Source: a virus. Taken from it: a DNA stretch of 64,000 bases. The DNA is taken from positions 1 to 64,000 of the IMG/VR virus record IMGVR_UViG_3300032236_001457. One strand, written 5' to 3'. The stretch's first letter is position 1; every line of letters starts with the position of its first letter. The notes below the pieces were generated by a model. That model was not told the DNA's origin, did no database searches, and worked only from the letters and a program-made list of their open reading frames with translations. Of the stretch, positions 57,111 through 64,000 are shown one piece after another. The position numbers and the translations under genes are program-made.

Positions 57111-57482
57111 TTACTCCTTTGTTAAAAATGGTTTAAGGTCAGGAGGTGAGTAAGTGATGGGTTTAAGAACTTTTCCATCTTCACGCTTTCTAACCATTCC
57201 GGTTTCTTTATCAATCTTACTGAGATTTGAGCGCATAACTTCCTTCCACGCTCCTTCGGCATCTACGCCGAGACTATGCAATGCTCCAACGGTGACCACT
57301 AGGATATCAATCAGTGCGTCTAGTTCTTCAAGACGGTCGTTGCGAGCAAATGCTGTAGAGTGCTCTTCCATTTCTTCTCTAATAAGTTTTAGATAAAGTT
57401 TATACTGATCGTCGTCATATTTACCAACGATTTGATCGCAAGCCCGCATAAACTTTTCTTGATCGCGAAACACATTAGGCAT
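57111..57482 (-). CDS. MazG-like/PRA-PH nucleotide pyrophosphatase
   Basis: LIREE..E, DALID, EV.RSNLSK, DGKVLKP. Confidence 0.85.
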   Translation of the reverse strand: MPNVFRDQEKFMRACDQIVGKYDDDQYKLYLKLIREEMEEHSTAFARNDRLEELDALIDILVVTVGALHSLGVDAEGAWKEVMRSNLSKIDKETGMVRKREDGKVLKPITYSPPDLKPFLTKE

Positions 57483-57678
57483 CTTTCTTCTCCACTAGCC
57501 GTAGAATTTTTTCACTGTAAACATGTAGCACACCACGATCGTCTTCCACAACCAAACGAATTGCTCCACTCAGTTTGGCAAATACGCAAACAACGTGTCC
57601 TACAAATTGATAATCCCCGCCGACCTTTTCCACAAGGTCACCTACTTTAAATTGTGCGTTTTCCATTATGTTCCCCAT
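57475..57678 (-). CDS. Small SH3-like hypothetical protein
   Basis: FKVGDLVEKVGG.Y.F.G.V. Confidence 0.65.
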   Translation of the reverse strand: MGNIMENAQFKVGDLVEKVGGDYQFVGHVVCVFAKLSGAIRLVVEDDRGVLHVYSEKILRLVEKKDA

Positions 57679-57956
57679 TTTAAATAATATTCTGTTACTC
57701 TTGGTCCCGGCAGTTCTGCCATTATTGCGTATCTATATCCAAAGCTGTTATGGTCTATATCTCTATGCCAGGTCGGTGGTTCTACGGCATGTTCCATTAC
57801 CCATTGACCTTTTAGTGATCGTTCCCACACCCAAAGTGGTTGTGCGGCGTAAATGTCTGGATCCGCAACATCACTTACTCTAAAAATGTGTACCACAATT
57901 TTATGTATTTCCTCAATGGAACCATCTTCTCTAATACGTTTTCTTACTCTGCCCAT
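57666..57956 (-). CDS. Hypothetical protein ending YLKW
   Basis: ORF track. Confidence 0.7.
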   Translation of the reverse strand: MGRVRKRIREDGSIEEIHKIVVHIFRVSDVADPDIYAAQPLWVWERSLKGQWVMEHAVEPPTWHRDIDHNSFGYRYAIMAELPGPRVTEYYLKWGT

Positions 57957-58273
57957 TTTAGATTGTATAAGGTGATGAATTTTTCAGCATCTCGTTTATG
58001 TTTGAAATGCCACATGTCCCACGCTTGCCTACTGACATTTTCCCAAGTATCCAGTTGATGAGCGGCCCAAATCACTCGTGCGTCAAGGCTAGGTGTGCCC
58101 CACGGATTGCCGTAGTCATCAAACATGCCCCAGTCTATTTTAATTCGTAGAACCCAAGTTCGTTTAACCAATTCTAGCATTGGTTTAATTTGCGGCCCTT
58201 TATCCATGAATTCTTTTAACTCATCATAATTGGGTTGTAGCATACGAAGGGTATGACCCCAAGGTTGAGTCAT
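57944..58273 (-). CDS. Hypothetical protein ending LKW
   Basis: ORF track; F.HKRDAEKF...LKW tail. Confidence 0.7.
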   Translation of the reverse strand: MTQPWGHTLRMLQPNYDELKEFMDKGPQIKPMLELVKRTWVLRIKIDWGMFDDYGNPWGTPSLDARVIWAAHQLDTWENVSRQAWDMWHFKHKRDAEKFITLYNLKWAE

Positions 58274-58737
58274 GGCTTGCGTGGTTTTTTATTATAACGT
58301 CGAGGTTTATTGGACTTGGAATCTTTAAGAACCAGCGGTGGAAGAACCGCGGTTTGTTGAGATCTTTCCATAGCAGCATGAATTTCTTCCGGAGTAGGAT
58401 CATCTGATTCTTCATCTCCGTCAAAAAAGTCAGCAGTCCTGCCGAGATCAAACCCAGTCTTTGCCAATACCTTTCTATCTGCAGTGTCATCAAGTCCACG
58501 CAAACCACCAACCGGACCCTGATCGTCTTGACTAATAGTTTCCCAGGTTCGCACTTCAATTAAGGGTTCAATGTGACTGTCCACAGCGATAACATAATGT
58601 TCTACGGTAGGATCAAACCCTTCAAATTTGAGATTGAACCGATGAATGATTCGTCCCTGGCATGGAACATCGTTACGAACATAGATGCCATAAATCCAAA
58701 CTGTTTCGCCGATGCTATATCGTTTTCGAATAGTCAT
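58270..58737 (-). CDS. Hypothetical protein
   Basis: ORF track. Confidence 0.7.
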   Translation of the reverse strand: MTIRKRYSIGETVWIYGIYVRNDVPCQGRIIHRFNLKFEGFDPTVEHYVIAVDSHIEPLIEVRTWETISQDDQGPVGGLRGLDDTADRKVLAKTGFDLGRTADFFDGDEESDDPTPEEIHAAMERSQQTAVLPPLVLKDSKSNKPRRYNKKPRKP

Positions 58738-58901
58738 GCTTCGGCCTGTTCGCGGGTCTTGGTCTCCAGCAGATCCTTGACAAATTTAACTGCCTTCCGA
58801 TCCGTGTCGTAGACGTATTCTTCATCTTCGTCCTCATCGGTTCGCAAGGTCACAATGACCCCATTCTTAACCTTGCGAATTTCAATACTTTCGAACATCA
58901 T
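58734..58901 (-). CDS. Small acidic protein (55 aa, not in ORF track)
   Basis: MMFESIEIRKVKNGVIVTLRTDEDEDEEYVYD...; ATGA-coupled to 58737. Confidence 0.6.
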   Translation of the reverse strand: MMFESIEIRKVKNGVIVTLRTDEDEDEEYVYDTDRKAVKFVKDLLETKTREQAEA

Positions 58902-58913
58902 AAGTAAACCTTT

Positions 58914-59648
58914 TTATTTTGGTACGCTAAGGTTATAGTTGAAATGAAAGATACCAATATGTGATGTTTCACGACTGAGTTCCTGATCACACCAAATCTC
59001 ATAACCTGCTTTTTGTGCCTGTTGACAGAAGAAAATATCCTCACCAATCTCAAGATTAAGACTAGGAACATATTCTTGCAAGTAGTGTGGGTGAGGAATC
59101 TTCTCGTAAACTTCACGTTTAACCATAACCAATCCGTGTGGCAGAACGTCAATCAATTCCATAGCCGGGCTGTTATCAGTTGTTTGAAACTCAGTAAATT
59201 GTCCGCTTTTACCCATCATACCAGTAAAGTTTGGATTAGGGAAGCGCCGACGACGATAGTTAGCACCAACAATGTCTTTGTTACGTTGAAGCAGTCTTAC
59301 TGGAGCGTCAATTGGAAACTTCATATCACTGTCAACCCAAAAGATATAATCAAAGTCTGACTTCAAAAAGATATCAACCAAGTTGCGACGAGCAATAGTA
59401 ATCACCGAACCGATGTTAAAGGCACAGTTGATTTTGATATTGTGTGCTACCATGTTGGCAGCAGCCATAGCTAGGTGTTGAGCAAATTCAGCATTAACCA
59501 TTTCCATAGCAGGAACTGCAATCATTACGCTAGGGGGACGGCCTTTTGGGGCAGCACCAGGAGCATTGATAGCACCCTGAGTAGGTGGTGGCATAGTCTT
59601 CGGTTGTGCCGAGCGACTGGGAATATTCAATTTACCTTTATTTTTCAT
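58914..59648 (-). CDS. GT-A fold glycosyltransferase-like protein
   Basis: IAVP, ARR.LV..FL, WVDSD (DxD), GED.FFC, HIG. Confidence 0.8.
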   Translation of the reverse strand: MKNKGKLNIPSRSAQPKTMPPPTQGAINAPGAAPKGRPPSVMIAVPAMEMVNAEFAQHLAMAAANMVAHNIKINCAFNIGSVITIARRNLVDIFLKSDFDYIFWVDSDMKFPIDAPVRLLQRNKDIVGANYRRRRFPNPNFTGMMGKSGQFTEFQTTDNSPAMELIDVLPHGLVMVKREVYEKIPHPHYLQEYVPSLNLEIGEDIFFCQQAQKAGYEIWCDQELSRETSHIGIFHFNYNLSVPK

Positions 59649-59716
59649 TTCATTCCTTAGATGTTGTAATTGTATGAGGTTATTGTGTCAAGAGCAATGA
59701 CTAATTTGCTCAAAGT

Positions 59717-60403
59717 TTAACCATGTCCTTTCATGCTGAGACAGATGTCGTAGAACTCTTTCTTTAGGGCAGGGTCGGTTCCGAATGCCCCTAGCATGAT
59801 AGCAGTGGTCATGTCCGATTCATGTTCACGAACACCACGCATTGTCATGCAATGATGCTCGGCTTTGACCACAACAGCAATATTTTCTGTCTTAGCATAT
59901 TGTCGCAGTGCTTCGGCAATCTGTGTGGTCATTTCTTCCTGGATCTGTGGTCGTTCGCAAATATGGTGGACTAGTCTGTTAAACTTACTTAGTCCAATGA
60001 CCTCCTGCTCTGGCACAATTCCGACCCAGCATTTGCCTACGATATTCTGAAAATGATGGGCACAGGTGCTGCGAACACTGATTGGCCCTGTGGTATATAG
60101 ACTTTTGTATCCCATATTAGGAAATGCTGTTACCTTAGGAATGTTCCTATAACGACCGCTAAATGTTTCACGCACAAACATTTTGGCTACACGACGAGCA
60201 GTATCTTGTGTGTTGTGATCATTGTCTGTGTCAATGATGAGACTAGAGAGAACACCTTGGAATCGTTCTGCTACTTCGTCTACCAGTTGATCAATTTCTT
60301 CTTCGTCTTCAATGAATTCTGCAATGTTGTCGTTACAGTGAAACCGGGCATTTGCTGCCTTGATGCGGGCGCGAATTACTTCGCTGATGTATTTGTCACT
60401 CAT
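59717..60403 (-). CDS. folE: GTP cyclohydrolase I
   Basis: STCAHH, GLSK..R, QIQE, HHCMTMRGV. Confidence 0.95.
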   Translation of the reverse strand: MSDKYISEVIRARIKAANARFHCNDNIAEFIEDEEEIDQLVDEVAERFQGVLSSLIIDTDNDHNTQDTARRVAKMFVRETFSGRYRNIPKVTAFPNMGYKSLYTTGPISVRSTCAHHFQNIVGKCWVGIVPEQEVIGLSKFNRLVHHICERPQIQEEMTTQIAEALRQYAKTENIAVVVKAEHHCMTMRGVREHESDMTTAIMLGAFGTDPALKKEFYDICLSMKGHG

Positions 60404-60445
60404 TTATTATTCTCCGATGTTAAGGCAGAGGATTGCCAATTGTTT

Positions 60446-60474
60446 ATTTTAAACGATTATTTAGGCTGTGTCAA
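60446..60474 (-). promoter_or_regulatory. Sigma70 promoter TTGACA-N17-TAAAAT upstream of folE
   Basis: Hexamer match with 17-bp spacer. Confidence 0.75.
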
Positions 60475-60484
60475 CCATAGAACA

Positions 60485-60536
60485 ACAAAAAGAAAGTGCC
60501 ATTGTTTACAGGATTCGTTTCTGTAAACAATGGCAC
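60485..60536 (-). terminator. Intrinsic terminator after rubredoxin
   Basis: 16-bp stem gtgccattgtttacag/ctgtaaacaatggcac followed by a T-rich tract on the - strand. Confidence 0.85.
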
Positions 60537-60557
60537 AGCGATTAATAAAAAGTTAAG

Positions 60558-60698
60558 TTAGACTAACTCAAAGTCTTGTTTTCCAACTCCGCATTCTGGG
60601 CAGGCATAGTCTTCTGGTAAATCTTCCCAAGGCCCGTGATTTTCTTCAGAATGAATATAACCGCAGACAATGCAAACGTGTTCTTGTTGTTCAGTCAT
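60558..60698 (-). CDS. Rubredoxin (46 aa, not in ORF track)
   Basis: MTEQQEHVCIVCGYIH...WEDLPEDYACPECGVGKQDF. Confidence 0.9.
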   Translation of the reverse strand: MTEQQEHVCIVCGYIHSEENHGPWEDLPEDYACPECGVGKQDFELV

Positions 60699-61152
60699 GA
60701 TGTAGTAATACCTCCAATTGTTGTTGATAAGCAGCAGCGTGTCTCTGTTCCACGCTCTTCAATGCAGCAAATCTTTTCTCTGCTTTAGCCAGCACAGCCT
60801 TAAATTCTTCAGCATGTTCCTGACTTTCGGCGATTTGATCAACCATTTCTTTTTCGGCCAACTCATTGCCTTCGTAAACAGCGTCATCTCTAAAATTTGG
60901 ATACATTGTGGTGAACTCGTAAGTTTCACCTGCAATGGCTTTTTCCAAACATTCTTTAGTCGATGGGCGACCAACCAGCAGTTCCAAGTGACCCCACGCA
61001 TGTTTGAGTTCTTGATCTGCGGTGTGTTCAAAGTGTTGAGCAATATCTTCGTGACCTTCTTCACGAGCAATACGGGCAAAGTAGCGATATTTGACATGTG
61101 CCATAGATTCGCCTGCCAGTGCGCTTTCTAAATTCTTTAATGTAGCTGACAT
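60691..61152 (-). CDS. rbr: Rubrerythrin (diiron domain only)
   Basis: NLE.A.AGES.A..KY..FA..A..EG, E..HA, GETYE...MYP, E..H. Confidence 0.9.
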   Translation of the reverse strand: MSATLKNLESALAGESMAHVKYRYFARIAREEGHEDIAQHFEHTADQELKHAWGHLELLVGRPSTKECLEKAIAGETYEFTTMYPNFRDDAVYEGNELAEKEMVDQIAESQEHAEEFKAVLAKAEKRFAALKSVEQRHAAAYQQQLEVLLHHD

Positions 61153-61242
61153 ACAAGTGATCTCCTTAAAGTGTGTGTTGTCTTACATATATTATATATG
61201 CTTTTAATACCGGAGATCAAGTGGATTTTCACTAGTTTTGTT

Positions 61243-61279
61243 AAGGATAATTTCTATAACTATTATAGGAAAAGTCAAT
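61243..61279. promoter_or_regulatory. OxyR/LysR-type operator-like sequence upstream of rubrerythrin
   Basis: AAGG-N7-CTAT-N7-ATAG-N7-CAAT versus the OxyR consensus ATAG-N7-CTAT-N7-ATAG-N7-CTAT; candidate promoter TTGATC-N18-TATAAT at 61191-61220. Confidence 0.5.
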
Positions 61280-61285
61280 AACGAT

Positions 61286-61927
61286 TTAAATTGTTCCAGG
61301 GTCAATTCGCCCCAGTTGATCAAATCCCCATTGCCGTTCATTGCAACCGTTGCAGGATCCGCACTTACCGGGCATGTTACAACTGTGGGTAAGTTCAAAT
61401 AATTTTTCTTGATTGAAATGGTAAATCAAATCTACTATGTGGCTTTTGTTTAGATCTTTAAATGGATATTTACGAGTTTCTGTTTCTGTCCATTTTATTG
61501 GGTCTCTCCAACCTATAGTATGTATAGCCAGTTCTTCGATTAATCCTAAGTATAAAATATTTGATTTTTCTAGCACATCGGCGCACCCAGATTCTACCTG
61601 TAAGGATTCTGGTAAGGCAGGGTCTCCTGCAATCTCGGTCGATAGGTGAGGTAAATTGAATTGATCGTGAACATAGTCAATTACGGATTGAGCGAATTGA
61701 CAAGATCCGTCTTTTCTAAGAATAGTATAAGGAGTAATCTTATGTGTAAGACCTTGTTCTATGTTTAGTTTCACTAACAAATAATAAAGTAAGGCACTAT
61801 CCATTCCTCCACTTATCAATATGCCAACCCGTCTTCTTAATGGGTTTAGGTAAATTTTTAAGATTTTTCGGTTGATGGAGGGACCGCATTCGACTACAAT
61901 TTTGTTTTTAATATTAAGAGGAAACAT
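61286..61927 (-). CDS. QueC-like PP-loop ATPase
   Basis: ISGGMDS, PF..L.K..IV, THSC....CGSCNGC.ER. Confidence 0.7.
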   Translation of the reverse strand: MFPLNIKNKIVVECGPSINRKILKIYLNPLRRRVGILISGGMDSALLYYLLVKLNIEQGLTHKITPYTILRKDGSCQFAQSVIDYVHDQFNLPHLSTEIAGDPALPESLQVESGCADVLEKSNILYLGLIEELAIHTIGWRDPIKWTETETRKYPFKDLNKSHIVDLIYHFNQEKLFELTHSCNMPGKCGSCNGCNERQWGFDQLGRIDPGTI

Positions 61928-61940
61928 TTAATATGTAGAG

Positions 61941-62795
61941 TTATATTTTATTTGTTATTATTTTTAACATAGGTGATTGCAGTTTTTTTTCGTAAGGATG
62001 TCTTAGTAATAGATCAAAAACTCTACGACTAATATTCCTAGAAATCATTAATTTATGTTTCGGAGTTATCAAGTTCATGTAATGCTGATCATAGTAATCT
62101 TTAACTTTTTCAAATCCTGTATACTTTTGATCTTGGGGAATAACAGGATATCCGCCTAGATGATAACATTTCGTGTCGTGTATATATCCATCTGTTGTCG
62201 ATGACAATTGTTGAACTATTTTTTCAAAAGAATATGCCAGCTCGGGTGTTGCTAAAAAGAAAAATGGAACTATCGATGTATTGGAAATTTCAGAATATCT
62301 TTTTATTCCTAACTGGGTATAATCTATCGGGACCATGGAATTAACAATGTAATTACCACTAAAAATTCTGGTTCCTGAATCTACTAAGCTAGCAATCTTC
62401 ATATGTACACAAATCTGAGGGCTGCTACAATGATATTCAGTTGCCCAATTATCATATTCGTTGTCTAAAAAGCCAAATAGATCAAAATTTATAAATGTTA
62501 TAGGTATATGATAAAGAGAGGAAAATTCTTCAATGTTTTTTAAATCATAATCATTTAAATTATGATTGTATCTAGCAGATAATGTATTAAATTTATGTCC
62601 AGACATGTGCCAGGCCCATAGCATAGCCTGGCTATCGATGCCACCACTTAACATTAGTGTATATGGTGGGGGATAGTTTTCTACAATATAATTGACCGTG
62701 TATATTCCGGCATCGACCGGAAACATGTCATTAACGTTTGCTGTAAAGTCTAATGTTATTTGATTATTAGTATTCTCAAATCGAACCCAATTCAT
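61941..62795 (-). CDS. PP-loop/asparagine-synthase-like adenine nucleotide alpha-hydrolase
   Basis: LMLSGGIDSQ motif; start taken at MNWVRF. Confidence 0.65.
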   Translation of the reverse strand: MNWVRFENTNNQITLDFTANVNDMFPVDAGIYTVNYIVENYPPPYTLMLSGGIDSQAMLWAWHMSGHKFNTLSARYNHNLNDYDLKNIEEFSSLYHIPITFINFDLFGFLDNEYDNWATEYHCSSPQICVHMKIASLVDSGTRIFSGNYIVNSMVPIDYTQLGIKRYSEISNTSIVPFFFLATPELAYSFEKIVQQLSSTTDGYIHDTKCYHLGGYPVIPQDQKYTGFEKVKDYYDQHYMNLITPKHKLMISRNISRRVFDLLLRHPYEKKLQSPMLKIITNKI

Positions 62796-62799
62796 TTCA

Positions 62800-64000
62800 T
62801 TAGCAGGTGCAATTTTTCCTTGTTGCCGGTGTTTTACAAGTGCTACTATTACAAGGGGTTGAGGTACAATCATTAGTGCAACTAATACCGGTTAAAATTC
62901 CAGTAGGACACGCAGAATTGTTAGAGCAATTAGCGGCATCTAAGTTAATTTGTAAAATAGGATCACCAGCAGGAACTTGAGTTTTATCAAACTCGGGACT
63001 TAATATTGCTATAACCAAAGTAGTATCTCTTACTACATCGTTGGTATCGGTAATTCTTACCAACGAATTAAAAATCTGATAACTACTACTAATTGAGTCG
63101 GCAATACCTCCAATTTGGCCACTAGTCATGATATAAAAGCCAGGGGGTAATGGATTGATAATTTCTACATGTTTGGTAATTTGAGGGTTGTAAATTTGTC
63201 CTATTATTTTGTTAGAACCAACGTAGGTATGAAACTCGTAGTAATCTAGGTCAATACTCTCATGTAGTAGTTTATTAATTAATGTAGAAATACGATTTGT
63301 AGAATTGGCATATTTAGGATCTGATAAATCCATCAGACCTCGACGAAGCATACTAATTTCTGACAACTGAAAAATGGATCCGGGTTGAAACACTCCTGGC
63401 TTTGTATTTCCACCAAGAAGTATATCTGATGTATTATACGCCAATACACAGCTATGAATTGCTGCCGATATACTAGTTCCTGAACAATATCCATAACTTC
63501 CATCTAATGCTGCTACCCAAATTTGCTCTCCCGGAGCCCATCCATTTAGCTGACCGCTGTTAACTGTATTGGCAGTATTACTAATCACCGATGAATTAGA
63601 ATAGTTTGAAAAATCGCTAGGTTCAAAATTGAGACCATATGACCCAATGGTCAATACTTCGGGCATGGATGCTGGAGTTACTGTTTCAATAGGCACTCCG
63701 CTATTGCCAGCTGATGCTACAACAGAAATTCCCTGACTAATTAATTTTAGAAACTTGCTTTCGATATAGCTATTTTTAGCAATGTGCCAGCTACAATTTA
63801 ATATAGCAGCCTGGTTATTATTATTTGAAAAATCCCCTAAAATAGAATCTAGAGCATTCAACATATCACTTTGTTTTGTTGGTTGATTTTTATCAAATAT
63901 TTTTACAATTTTCAAAGTAGCATTACTTAGTCCACAGGTTTTTCCTGAAATAATACTAGCGATAGCAGTGCCGTGGCCACTTGTATCAGTATAATTATCT
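62800..64000 (-). CDS. Subtilisin-like S8 serine protease with Cys-rich C-terminal tail (5'-truncated)
   Basis: The frame extends to the window edge: DTSGHGT (His), ASAGN (oxyanion Asn), APG, SGTS (Ser). Confidence 0.88.
   Translation of the reverse strand, partial: DNYTDTSGHGTAIASIISGKTCGLSNATLKIVKIFDKNQPTKQSDMLNALDSILGDFSNNNNQAAILNCSWHIAKNSYIESKFLKLISQGISVVASAGNSGVPIETVTPASMPEVLTIGSYGLNFEPSDFSNYSNSSVISNTANTVNSGQLNGWAPGEQIWVAALDGSYGYCSGTSISAAIHSCVLAYNTSDILLGGNTKPGVFQPGSIFQLSEISMLRRGLMDLSDPKYANSTNRISTLINKLLHESIDLDYYEFHTYVGSNKIIGQIYNPQITKHVEIINPLPPGFYIMTSGQIGGIADSISSSYQIFNSLVRITDTNDVVRDTTLVIAILSPEFDKTQVPAGDPILQINLDAANCSNNSACPTGILTGISCTNDCTSTPCNSSTCKTPATRKNCTC

Noticed and set aside
59660-59712. 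Promoter or terminator between folE and the glycosyltransferase
   Set aside because: TTGACA is present but the correctly spaced -10 is weak (TACAAC) and the hairpin is only 6 bp; not strong enough to call.
41237-61927. Complete 7-deazaguanine DNA modification pathway
   Set aside because: folE, queD and a QueC-like gene are present but scattered, and neither queE nor dpdA is visible in this window, so the pathway cannot be claimed.
1-64000. tRNA, rRNA genes or alternative genetic code
   Set aside because: No cloverleaf or rRNA-like segments were noticed, and the standard code gives full-length genes with dense packing.

Overview
A 64 kb segment of a large lytic, T4-like or jumbo-type dsDNA phage, almost entirely encoded on the - strand. 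Nested spanins point to a Gram-negative host. No rRNA, tRNA or CRISPR array was seen. In order, it holds: (1-8 kb) putative head-packaged proteins, including a polyprotein punctuated by a nucleotide-conserved 17-bp QGVAEG repeat and a 1212-aa protein fusing three different nucleotidyl-transfer folds; (8.7-12.3 kb) ClpA, peptide deformylase and DnaJ; (13.3-15.7 kb) a lysis cassette with holin, GH19 endolysin and nested Rz/Rz1; (17-21 kb) PhoH, clamp loader, GroES-like protein and a DnaE fragment; (21.5-35 kb) tail fibre and baseplate genes, including two collagen fibres and a gp38-like Gly-rich protein; (35-44 kb) SOD, UvsE, nucleotide-sugar enzymes, DadA-like oxidase, aldolase, QueD, ClpP and two GIY-YIG endonucleases; (45.8-51.3 kb) a hyperplastic array of micro-genes built from shared DNA blocks that also carry the RBS and start codon of the next gene; (51.6-64 kb) SGNH hydrolase, T7-0.7-like kinase, BI-1/YccA, MazG-like protein, glycosyltransferase, FolE, rubredoxin and rubrerythrin with an OxyR-like box, two PP-loop enzymes and a subtilase with a Cys-rich tail. 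The strongest candidates for undescribed systems are the repeat-delimited modular polyprotein together with a set of proteins carrying capsid-targeting-like leaders, and the plug-and-play micro-gene cassette array. All product calls are by-eye motif recognition; no database searches were run.
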